DNA of 52,030 nt, the filler included, from Sphacelaria rigidula (Eukaryota): assembly GCA_964200075.2 (NCBI GenBank). It is 3 parts of 3 records of this genome, joined end to end, with 100 filler letters (N's around TTAATTAATTAA, not from the genome) between each part and the next. Parts side by side here need not be neighbours in the genome. Positions count along the whole stretch, not along the records: positions 1 to 17,279 come from CAXNAA020001120.1; 2 more parts are not named here. One strand, 5' to 3'. The translations under genes were made by a program, and so were the position numbers. Below, piece after piece: positions 1 through 12,500 of this stretch. The notes beneath the pieces were generated by a model. The model searched no databases. It saw only the letters and a list, made by a program, of their open reading frames with translations, and was not told where the DNA came from. Numbering within the stretch: position 1 is the stretch's first letter; each line of letters begins with the position of its first letter.

Positions 1-310
1 TACTAAAACCAAGTAATTTCCAGACCAACCATTATTTGTCCGACCCTTGAACCCTTTCGACTGCGCTACCAACGCGGGTCTCCACATCCGTCAGATGCCT
101 TCCAAAACATTCCCATACGATTTAGACTTCGACGACGGGTGGTAAACCCTGATTGCAGGTGTGGAGCACGCTCCAACACCAACCGCCTTTTACATGATCT
201 TTGCAACACGTATGCATTATACGTTTCTACCCTCCGATGTTCAACTGCCCGACAGTCCGATGATGTAGCCCCTCCTCCGCCCACTCAGGCCCCCGATGCA
301 AAACTCTCAC

Positions 311-554
311 CCGATCTTCCTCCGACAGCGACGCACGATACACGGCCAAGAGGGGGCGCAACAGAGCCGTTCCCGCCACTACCACCTGCGCCGGCGACAT
401 AGAGGAATAACTTTCAGACTCCTGCGACGCTCCGGTCGAGCGCGACATCATAGCTCCTGCTGACACAAGGAGGACGAGGATTTTCAGTAGCTCTATTCTC
501 GCCGGCGAAGTGCCGTCGCTCAGGACCACGAGGAATGCCGAGTGGCCAACCAAC
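311..554 (-). CDS. URB1: URB1-like exon (last in window; gene continues left of position 1)
   Basis: ttccttctccag acceptor; LVGHSAFL...LLAVYRASLSEEDR; donor GTGAGA. Confidence 0.8.
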
Positions 555-3500
555 CTGGAGAAGGAAGTGAGTAAAGTAGGACGGCCCGGGGATTGGGCAT
601 TGCTCCGGTTCAGATCACCAATGCGAGTGATGGTTTGCATGGCGAGGGTTGGGGCGGGGGCGAACGCAGCGAGGTGCGGACGAGATGCGTTCTTGGAGCA
701 TTGAATGAACCGAGCAAGGAAACACAGACCTGATGTCCGATATCAACATGTACACAACGGCACTACCTCATCCTTTCCGTGACGACGAAAGTACACAACA
801 TATTTTGCGCGATTGGCGAGCAACTGGGTTACTGCACCTGGGCATCTCATTTGCGCTTTCAACGCAAACATCCCGAAACGATGAACTGCGTCTTCGTTGT
901 GGCAACACGCACGGCCACGTTACCTCTCTCACCTCTCAAACATCATCGCTGCAGACCATTCCGGGACCACCGGCGGGGCAGAGGCTACCGCCGTAATTGT
1001 CGCCGCCGTAGGGTCACGATCCCCGCCATTCTCATCCTCAAGCCTACGGGCACCTGTCTCTTGCCCGCCCACCTTCAGCTCACCTGTATCCCTCGAACTA
1101 CTACTCTGGGTTAACGTCGAAGCAGTCGCAGCCTGCTCTTGATATAAGGCCGACGCGACCACGCGTGCGGCCCGGAGCGACTCGCCGTCGACAAACCGGT
1201 GTTTGAGGACAGCGGTCAGAAAGCTTCCGATCACTTCGCCGTCAGCACCGGCTGCACCACCGCCACCTTCGAGCGCGGGCAGAAGATCCTCCTCGCTCCT
1301 CGTCTTCGACTGTTTCCGCCTACGACCGCTACCGCCATGGTTGGCCCGGTCTGCACGCTGCATGCGTTCTGAGCTTCCGTTACCTTGACCTGCTCGACAT
1401 CGTCCGAGCAAGCGCTCGCGGGCGACCCTCCCGGAAAGACCTGCTGGCTGTCGTCCAGACGAGCGACATGAGTAAGAATGATTTTTCGACCCCATGGGAA
1501 TCGTATCGTTGTTGCCATCGGCGGCGCTCGCAGGTTCGGTTTCGAGAAGCCCCGAAACCTCTTTTATCAGAAGACTGCACACGTGCTCCGCGGAGGCGTC
1601 GGCAGCAGAGAAGGGAGTCGTGGTAGTAGTGGTGGTGGTCGCATGCGTTGGTGTTTTCTTCCTGGCTGCTCGTCCGACGATCTTTGCCACTGCCGCCGCC
1701 CGCACCAAACAGTGCCGAAGATACTCCTTCGTTAAGGCCTGCTGAGGAACCGCGTCGTGGAGTAGACAGGATGAAAGGAATATGGTATACGTGAGGAGAG
1801 CAAGCACATGCCTCACAGCCCCCGGTGTATATTTGCCGTTCTCTCAATTACCTTCCTTCTCACGCGAGCTCTTCGTCTGTACGCTTCGGTGAATTTTGCC
1901 CGAAGACTCACAATTCGGGAGAGCGATGGGGTTAGTTGCCTGGGCTGAAACGTTCCCGCTGCAGCAATAGAAAAACAAACAGAGGCTCCTCGTTCACGGA
2001 GAGCACTCAAGCCAACCATTGACGCAACCGTGAGCAACCAGCCACCAGATAACACCGGCCACACACCATCGCCTACCGTATGGGTCTTGGCTGCCCAATA
2101 GCCATCAAACAGAACCACCTGTACCCGAAATCAGTCACCGCTGGACGACAGCATCCTATGACATTGAAAAAATCGCGCACCTCTTTCGCGATCACGCTCT
2201 CTTCCGGCACATCTCCGACGCAGATTGCCGAATCGCCCCCGTGCGAAACCTTGGTCGCGGTGAGCCACGAGAATAGAGCTGACCGAGCGAGGGCATGTAC
2301 GTGAGAGCCCGGCGCCAGGGTCTTCTTTTCGGACCGTTCGCATGCCGCCATGGACCTGCCACCAAGGATGTGTTCAGCATTGTTTGGTTTATTTTGAACG
2401 ATCACTTTCGCTTGCAATGATCTCGCTACGGACCAAGCTTTACGGGGTGGGTTAAAAGCAAAAGAGAAGCAATCGAAATGAAAACAAAAATGTGTTGTTC
2501 CAGGTGGCAAAACATCAGCATGCGAGCGTACACCATGTTGAAGTGACGAGAAGCAGTTTGTTTGGTCGAGCGGCGGGGTGCGTTGAAGCGGTGTAGCGAA
2601 GACTTGAACCTGAATACATTACAGCACATATTACAGGGACAAGAAACTCCACATCTTTATCAGAGTTCCGGGGGCGGGGACCCTCCCCATAGCTGCAAAC
2701 CGGTAGCTCTCGAGATAAAAGACCGAATAATTTGGAGGTGTGAAGATGAGCTTCAATACCACAAATGTGGCCGAATTTGGCCGAACAGGGGCGGAGAAGT
2801 ACCCACGTCAACGACACTACTGGAATCGAATTTGACTACGGATATGAGATATTCGTGTAGTCAGCGTTGGCATCGGCGCCAAGGTTCGATGCTGCATCCA
2901 TCAATAGAAAGGACTGGGAAAGGGGGGACGAGTTCCCAGGAATCGTGCACGTACCTTTTAAGTGCGTCTTCGGCCACTTGCACCAACGGCGGATCGAACG
3001 CCGGCGTGCAGACCGCAAGAACGGACTTCAGGCACATGAGTACACTTGGCTTCACCTCCTTCCGGTCGTGGGGTGGATTTTCTCCCCCATCCGTCTTGCG
3101 TCTCCTTCCCTCTACGCCAAGGCCTACGGCGGTGTTGAACAGCGGGACGACTACGCTAGGCAGCAGCGAGCGCAGCCGTGGGTAACACACAGAGAGACGC
3201 GAACATGATGATGATGATGATGATGATGATGCCACCGCTGCGGTTGACTCGCGCAGACTGTTCTCGAGAACGTTCAGGGAAAGTTCATCCGCTTCCATGG
3301 TCACGTCTGGATCTTCGTCAATATTCTCGTCATCCGCCAGACCTTCCCTGGTGATTCTAGCGCCGATATGAGCAGGTCTACTCTTCATAACATCAATTTC
3401 AGCACTGCGATGATAATCCTGGCTATCAGATGCGTGCTGAGTGACGTCAGCAGTAGCGGAGGCGGATGGGGAACGCACGGTCGTAGGAGTTGGCAGGGCG

Positions 3501-6500
3501 AACATTCCCGCTGATAAAAACGCCTCTATTGGTCGACGGAGAGTCAAGAGCGCACCCAACGCGGCTTCTGAAGCAGCGGAGTTGCCCGACGACGAAGATT
3601 TTGGTGTCGTGACGAGTTGTAGCGAACACAGAATGTCAGGCAGCTTCTGCGCTAGCCGATTGGCGTGGGCAGGACACAGAAGAACCAGCTGGTTTAGCCA
3701 CCATCGTAGTAAGGGATCGGGAACAACAAAAGGGAGGGACGGGAGATGAGCCGGCATGAAAAACGGTGGAAAGGAGAAGTACGAAGGGATACACAAGCGA
3801 ACAATCCGCGATCGCTAAGCGGTGACACTGGCTGATACCCTAATTTGTCGGCTTCGCTTGAGATAATATAAATCCTGGCGTGCTACAGGGAGAAGAGCTA
3901 CAACAAACAAGGACATGGAACAGAACCGCATACGTCTTTCTTTTCGCCTGCTCAACAAATCAGCAAATGACAAAACACGCGACCTGAACAAGAACTGAAC
4001 CATAAACATGTACACATCTACAAAACTCAAAATCAGTACAGTACAACAGACATACGCTCACCTGTGCCAAAATCCTCGCATCCGAACCGTCTCCATCGTC
4101 GTCGCCGTGCTCTTTGCCACCACCGCCGCCGCCACCGCCGCCACTAAGGCGTCCAAAAAAGAACTCAAAAAATGCCTCATCGTCGAGAAGCCCCGCCGAA
4201 GCCGCGGCCTCGACCGCCGTTTCACCACCGAACGTGGCAACACCAAAAGTAGCAGCGGTGCCACCAACAGCTGGAGGCTGATCGCGAGGGGCGGGAGAAC
4301 AGCCAGTGAGCGCCAGACAGATCAACCTCCCCAACCCGGGCGATCCAGACTTCACCTATGAGGTACAGAGAAGGACATCGAAACAGGATCGGGAGACGGG
4401 GTTTAGGGGCGGGGTGCGAAACGGGAAGGGCGCGGTGGACAGAGCATGGGAGGATGTCGGTCGTCAGTCGACGGTTATGCCATGAAGCATACACTATTCT
4501 TCGTCCGTCCCCCGCTCACCCAGTGTTCCTGGCAGTGTGTAGTCAAAACCTATGTCTACAGAAGGTGACTTCACACATGTCGACTTTCCTCAGACGTGTA
4601 GTCTATACCGGCACTGCAGTAGGAAATTCACCGAGAGTCGGTGCGCGGTGAGTCAGTACTGACACAATCCTCGATAGCAAAATGTCGGGCAGGTACCGGA
4701 GGAGATACGGGTGGATCCCTTGACCCCAAGGACTCTTTCCAATAAAGCGGCTGAAAAGAAGAGAAAAAAAATAGTGATGTGTTCCACAAAAAGCAGGTTG
4801 CTCCCCAACCCCCCTTAGCGCCCTCCGCCCCCTCACCTGGAGTCGCAACAACGCAGCTAGTGACGATGGTCCGAGGCGTTGCATCAAAGCCTCCTCTCCC
4901 CCATCATCATGGATTCCACCTCGGAGGTGGTCACTACCACCGCCGCCACCACGACTACCGTCGGAAGCAGGAGCAAGCAGTCGCTCCAACAAATCCCGGG
5001 CAAGCATGTCCTTCTTGGCCAGGTCTTCACGCTTCTTCGTGGAGAAGGAGCCTGGCGATCTCTTCCCCTTCGCCGGCTTTTTGCAGCCAACGAGTTTCGA
5101 GGTAGGCGGGAGGTTGCGGGAGGTGAGGTGGGGGGTGTACTCATGGTGGGGTGGGGGGGGGCGTATTCATTTGTTGTTTGCCTTAGTCGCTTGACCATTG
5201 ACCCCGCATCCCTCTCGAGACGGAGGAGGTGGGGTGGGGAGGGGGAGGGTTTGCTGGGGGATGGATTGATTCTAAAACATTTCCCGGAGAGACAGAAATG
5301 GCACTTCACGACCGGACCACAACAAACGAGAAGCAACCCAGTCGACTATTCGCTCCTCCTCGGGTAGAAACAAACCGGGGCGACACAGCGCGTGCCTCAC
5401 GGCAACGCAGTCGCGGGAATCACGAAACTGAAAAGACCAGAAAAAGTCGAACAACAAGAAAAATAGAAGACGCCCTGCGAGTCATGGCACTCGTGTCTCA
5501 TCACGGCGCATGCCAGAAACCCAGGGGGGAAATCATGCGAAAAACTCATCGGTGGGCGTCGACGGCTGCGTTACCTCGGCAGTGAGGCGCTTGATGAGGG
5601 CGGCCAACACGCGGGACAGATCATCCCCGGAGCATAGGCCCCGAACCGTGATCAGAGATGGAGAAAGCCAGTGAAGGTTTGGAGAGCCTGACACAGTGGC
5701 TTCTGCGGTACAACTGACGAGTAGCAGGCGCCAGGGAGAATCGGGGGGCAAACAAAAAGTATTAAATTCAGGGATCGAGGGGAAGCCACACGGTGGCATG
5801 AACGCGAGATGGCACGCGGCGCAACAGATGAGCCAGGATTTTCCGAAAGCTGAAAATGACGCGCACATGCGTCCAAAGCCTCGAGACGTGCTGGCGAGAT
5901 TCATGACGTGGGAGTGCTACCAATTTGTGACTATATTAGACCGTCAAGGCGTAGCGATAGCGCCCTGCTCTATCGCGAAAAAAACGGTGGGCCGCCATGC
6001 ACGGCACGGTAGAGCACCACGTTCTCGAGAAAAGAAACAACAAACACCGTAATATCCACCAAGGACGTGGATGAGAACGATATCTTGGCAAACATCCTAT
6101 CGCTCATGGGCTCGCCGTAAAAAAATAACTCTTTATCACCTCACCGGCAAATTCGCTCCAGGAACACAGCTGCTGCCGCACGCACAACGCTGGACTCTCG
6201 TTCACCATCATGCGAGCGACTTTCCCGTGCTCTCGCTTCCGCTTCCGCGACCCGCCCTTGTGCCGTAACCGCTGCGACGAGCAATGCCGAGAGGCTAGCG
6301 CAAGCGACAGCGCCAAGAGTACAAGGCGAAGCAGCAGTGTGAGAAGAAGCACCCTTCTCCAAAGACCGCGCGACTCGTTCGGTAGTCATCTCCGACAGTG
6401 ACAGCAGACTTGACAGTTCAGGGTGGTCGTGGTGGTGGTCGTGGCCATCGCCGTCGCATTCGTGATTACCTCGGCTGGGTCCTGCGTCGAGCGGGCAAGC

Positions 6501-9500
6501 CAGCTGCAGCAACAACGGGTTTTGGAAGACAGCGGCAAGAGCAGCCAAAACTTCGCCGCGCGACGGACGATGCTCCTTCAACACTGCGGGAAGGTGCGGG
6601 GAGAAAATTGTCTCGGCCGCACTGGTACCGGGTACACCGGCAACGGGAACACCCTGCCCCACCTCGGCGACGCCGTGAGATTGTTTTTCTGCAGCGCCAC
6701 CCCGATCGCCGTCCTTATTCTTCTCCTCTGTGTTATTCATCGTACTGTTCGGTCTTTCATCGCCGAGCACTCCAGCGCCGTCGGTCCAGCTTGCTTTCTT
6801 GCTGCTGCCTTCCGCCGTATCCTTGGTAGGCTGCGTCGCCTTACCATCAGGCGAAGGAGACTGGGTTCGAACGGCTGTCTCGCTGGAATAAACGAGGTCC
6901 AGGCACACTCGCCCTGCGAGATGCAAACCAGCCGACAGGGATACCTCCAGATGCTCAAACCATGCCCCGCTGCTGCTGACGCTAAGACTATCTCCGGTCG
7001 CGGCGGCGGCCATGGCGCCGTGGAACCTGAGGCCTATTTGCGAGATAACTTGCCTGACTGAGGCTACCGCTTGCCACGGGCTCTCTGCAGCGATTCGTCG
7101 AGTGAGAGCGTCCAACACTGCATTATTTGCCACCTCAGCGGCTTTCTTCGATGATACTGACGCTGACAAGGACGATGACGATGGCGCCGGCACCAATTTT
7201 GTAGCATGTCTTCCAAAAATCGCAAAGGCATCCGCCAACAACCGCGAGAGCGGGATGGACGGCAGTTCCACTAGTAGCGATACTGGATGGCAGCCGAACG
7301 CGCCGCCTCCGCCTCGGACCTTACCTGATGCGGGGTTTTCGTCGGCCGCAGAGGAGTCGCTGAGGAGCCCATGGCCACCGTCGCCGGTCTTGTCCCTGAC
7401 ATGCTCGACAGAGACGGCGTTTGCTTCAGCAACCGCTGCCTGCACGGGAGCCAGGTGGAAAAAATTTATTCCTGGATTGTCGGCGAGCACCGCAGCCAGT
7501 TGGACCCACGGCGGCGTCCGAAGAAGGGCATGTCCCTGACGTTCGGATTTTTTCCTCCCATGTCTACGGTTGTGCTGCTGTCCGTCAACTGCAGCACCGT
7601 TTCGCTCCCTCCCCAGCTGTGACAGAGCCTCGGCGGCCAGAGAGGCAGCAGTCTTCACCTCAGGCATCGCGTGTACGACGGTGCTTGCGGCGGAGCTGAT
7701 GTGGTCCGGCTCGACGCCGAAAGATCGAGTGATGGACAGTGTAAGCCCTATTGTCACCGGATGGGGAAGGGGCGTGCGGTCGCGCGCACTCAGTTTGGTC
7801 AAGCGCCACCCGCTACTCTGTGTTTCGTGACACACGGGAGCCTACTGCCCGAGTAAAAAAGAAGAGACTCTTGTGAGCAGTGGTCGGCTACAGCGATTCC
7901 ATGCCTGGACATGTGCTATACAAGTTAGTGGGCACCCTAGCTGGCAAAACGTACAGGGCTTCATATCAGGCGCGGGAAGAGCAGAATTTAGACAGTCTTC
8001 ATCCCACGCTCATCCTTTCCTACTAGATCATAACCAGACGACTTTTCCGTATCGATAAAACTAGACGTCGGTACCATACCTTGACAGGCTTTCATCGCCG
8101 CTGTCCGCCTGTCCTCCGATCCCGCGAACTTAGATTGTTCCCCTTCCTCCCCTTTATCCTCCGCCTTGCAACCTCCAGCAGAATCATCGGCCTCAGCAGA
8201 GACGTCGGCGGCGGTAAACATCGATAAGCACAGCCCAGAAAACGGCCGCGGATCCTCGTGAAGGTGCAGAAGCCTCGGGATCGCTGCCGACAACAACCGC
8301 ACATCTTGTATCCTCTCAACAGTGAGGGCATCAACATCGCGAGCGGCAGTTAACCTTCCTCCTTCTGCTCCTCCTCCTCCGCCTCCTCCTCCTTCAGCCT
8401 CTGCCTTTCCACCAGGGTTTCCTTCATCTCTTCCGTCGCCTTCTTGTTTTCCTGTCGCCCGCTCCCGCGCGGTGCTCGCGAGTACCGCAACCGCAGCCAC
8501 AGCCAACGGGCTACCCGATGGCGGCAGCGGTGGCGGAGAAGGAATCAAAGGCAGAACGAACGGTGCGGGTCGGGATTTTACGTCGAGGGTTCGGGGTTGA
8601 GGATAGAATTGAGATTGGAATTGAGGCAGGCCGGAACATTTGTGTGCGTAGGAATGTTTTTCACGTGGAAACCAAAAGGTGAGTAAATCCATTGCGGCCT
8701 GTAGCGTATCCTCCGTATCAGTCGTGACAACTGGGCGATCGATACGTTGACAAGAATAACATGCGCAATGCGTTCTTCAACGATAGACCGACACAACTTA
8801 TTGCTGCGGTTGGTGCAGCAGGTGCATGCTTCGCATAAACGAGTACCTACGGAGCTCCTGAGGTGGGAAACTCCAAGGTTGTAGGGAGGCGTAACCCAAC
8901 GAGATTAGCCAAAACCCCTGCATTTGCTGGTGCTCTCTCGAACCGTTGGACACCAAGCAGGGTATTCGAAAGGACATTTCATTCATGCTAAAACACCAGA
9001 GTCACTACAACCTCCAACCTCCAATACTCATCACAACTGTATAACACAAATATCAACAAGCTCAGCTCGCTATAGATTTGATATCGCGGAGATGTACTCA
9101 TCAGACCAATCAAATCTACGCTGCTCTACACTATATTTAGCCTGGCGACCGACGGGTGAACAAGACCAAGATATGGGAATAAGTTGCGCCGTAGGACGTA
9201 CGAACACCGCGGTATTCCACACAGCGTATCCGTTTTCCATTTTGCACACTCACCTAAACTCCACTTCCCAATCTCCACCTCCTGCACCGCTTGCACGGCT
9301 CCCGCCTGAAAACGGACGCTCAGACATCCCCTTCTCTGCGGCACGTATCCCTGTGGCCAGCATCCCCTGAGCATCTAAATACGCCACTCTCACAAGAGAT
9401 ACCAGTGACCCGACAGCGTCAGGGTGTAGTGTCAGCAGGTCCAACCATAGGCCGGCTTCTCCTTCGTTGCCGCTTTCCCCTCCACACCCGCCACCGTCTC

Positions 9501-12500
9501 TGCCACCGGGGCTACCACAACCGTCAGCGGTGAACGCTCGTTCTCGTGCAGCGCTAGCCCATGGCACCTGCACCGCTGTTATCGTTGCCTCCGTCACCAC
9601 TCCTAGAGACTGCAGAGCGCGCACGGCGAGCGAGCGCGCGGCTTCTCGGATGGCCGGCGACGGCGCGTCCAGCGCCGTCCGTAGAACCAACTCCAGTGCT
9701 GTGTTCCTTGTCCGCACGCCGCCACTAGTACCACCCCGGCTGCCACCGCCACCTCCATGGCTAGCAGTTGTTCGTTCGGCAAGCCAGCCGGACCGCCCTG
9801 CCCCGCTTCCTACCCCGGTGCCGGCCGGCGTCGCGGAAATGACACCCGGGCGGGCGAGCAGGCGTAACGTAGCCAAAAGTTGAAGCGGGTGCAGTGACTC
9901 AAAGGCTGTGCTGGGGCTGGCGTCGTTGTTGCTGCCGCTGCCGCTGCTGCTAGAAGGGCGTTCCCCGCCCCCGCTGTTGGAAGCAACAGACGGCAGCAAC
10001 TTGAGGAATTCAAAGCGTGCGGCGTTCACGGCTTCGGGGATAACCTGTGCGTAGCGATCGAGCAGGGACAATAAGCGCCACCGCAAAAACACGGACTTAT
10101 TTCCGGTCGGTTCCTGGGTAAGACCACCGGGAGATGCTTCGACTGCACCATCGCCGTCAGTCGCTGCACCGCTCTCACCGCCAGAGAGTACCATCGACGG
10201 TGATTTCCTCTTTGCTGATTTTCTCTTGCTTGCGCCATGGTCACCAGCGGTACAAGACCCTGACCCGCCAGTACTTGAAACGCTACCGCTAACCGCGCTG
10301 TCACCCAGCCTATCCCGCAGCCCCAGCAATGTCTGAACTTCTGGCATGCGTTGACGCACGAGACTGATCATGTCTTGAGCACTTGCCCCCCCGTCACCGG
10401 TAGCTGAGGCGGTTGCAACAGCAACACGGGTAGCACGGTCGAGAATGTCCACCAAGAGCGTCATCGTTGCGGCCTGTGGTGGTCGTTGGCGCAGAAGTCA
10501 GAGACGAGAAGGGAGAGACGACGGTAGCGGAGAAAAGTGACCATCAGACTGTTGAAGATCACAGCGGCAGGTTGTGTCGTGTACGCAGTGGTAAGGTTGA
10601 AAAACACGGATCGTGGGGAAGGGTGAGCACCGAAGAAATGGTCAGGACTGTACAGGCGTGAACAGACTGGCAAAGCCACCTCCCGGCCCGTCCCTTCGCC
10701 ACGACAGCAGGCTACAGCAGGCTACAGCAATCTACCGCACGGATGCAACGGGGTCTCCGATCTCAAGCACAACAGGAACCACACGAACGCTTCCGCGCAA
10801 AAGCCATCATTCCCCGCTTCATGGACCGAACCCACGCCGGCGCACCCACCTGCAGCAGGGAGTTACCACTCAGCACCCCCTTGGTAAGCTCCTTCTTGCT
10901 CAGGGCCATCGGCATGACAGTGGCCAGCATCTCCACACCAACACCGATGTTGCCAGTCCTCCGCGCTCCAGTCCCTGCCGTCGCATTTGCCGTGTGTCCA
11001 AAGCCAGGCGGCATGGGAGCTTCCCGCAGAACCACCGACAACAACGTGTACGTTTGGAGCAGATTGTAGGAGGGACGTGCTTCCAGGACGACTGACGGGA
11101 AGGAGCGGAGATAAGGGCCGACGAGAACTGGACAGGTCTGAAGGGCCGACTGTTATTGTTTTCGGCGGGCAGGGGGTGACGTGGAGTGACATGGAGGTGT
11201 ACAGAGGGAGAGGAGAGGAGGGCAGGGGGGCGAGAAGGGGAAGAAGAATTGACGCAAGCATGGTCCCACCCAAAACTTTGAGAAAAAGTGGAATGCTTAC
11301 TGAGGACAGCGGGATGGGGAGATGCGGAGAAGGATAGCACGACAACATTATATGAGAAAACGAGAGAGGCGGAGGGATAGCCTTTGCGCGTTCGCATGTT
11401 GCGGTACGAGGATGCAATGCTTATACACGTCGGACTGCTCACGAGCTACCTCAATATTACTTCTCATTAGTGTAATGATCCGGATCATGAGCTGGCTCAT
11501 TCGGCCCCTTCTTTCGAAATTGCTCCCCACAGCACTGGTACGCCGGGCACGCGGAGTAGCACACAGGTAGCGCTTTGGCTTATCGGGTCCTGTTGCTACG
11601 ACTGTCGAGTTTTTGGATATGAGATATGAGGGTCTTCTCTCGATTAGCCATTCTAGGTATAATAGCTCATGAGCTGTCCGACGTGTGAGTACAACACTAG
11701 CAAACAACTCACATTCAGACTACCCTACCTGGACCAAGGTTGACACCTCGGTAACGACGCCACACGCTCATGCTCATCGCAGTCGACGTCCATACGCTCG
11801 AGCGCGCCGCAAACACACCCAAGCAAATCAGTACTCCCCGCCCCCTACCCCGAGCCCTCGGCCAACAGACCAACACCATATCACGACAACACACCCCGAC
11901 TTCACTCACCAAAACCAGGGTCCTCTGTGCTAGATCCTCATGCGCACCAAGACATGCTAATCCAGCCAGCAGGGGACGGGGGGAGGTGATGACGACCGCC
12001 GCGTGTCCTCGCGTCGCCGGCCCCTCGCCGCAGCTGCTCGAGCGGCCTTGAACAGGGGTATGAGCAGGTTCGAGCAAGAAGGGACTTGTTGCTGGGTCGC
12101 ACAGAAGGGACGACATAAGGGCGTAGAGGGCTTCGTACAGGCGTTGTGGGGCGTCGTCAAACACCTGAGCAGAAGGGGCGGGGGGTCGGCACGTGGGGAC
12201 GGGACGGGACGGGAGAGCGAGGCGAGGGTGAAGGTGAGGGCGGCGAAGTAGTTCCCACGCAACAGGTTCTGCTCCACACAAAACGGTTGGACCCAGGCCG
12301 TTGGCGGAAGAATGACCGCACAGGTTAAGAAGGAAATAAAACAATAAAACATGTCGATAACCGGTCATTTGAAAGTCGTAATACTCAAGAGGTTTAACGT
12401 GCAATATATTGTCCGAGGCAAGTAGTAACCAGCGGTATACGACAAACCACATCGACAACGCGGAGAAGGTGCTGGCTTGCTGACCGGAGAAGGGATGGGC

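Noticed and set aside
555..729. Longer URB1 exon starting at the CAG near 730
   Set aside because: Phase-incompatible with the upstream exon; the region reads as the pyrimidine-rich intron end, and the acceptor at 555 restores the frame
4603..4750. Extra URB1 exon (RFIGKSPWGQGIHPYLLRYLP...)
   Set aside because: The protein-like frame needs a different phase; flanking exons join directly in phase 0
6210..7830. Many long + strand ORFs overlapping URB1 exons
   Set aside because: Antisense shadows of GC-rich coding sequence
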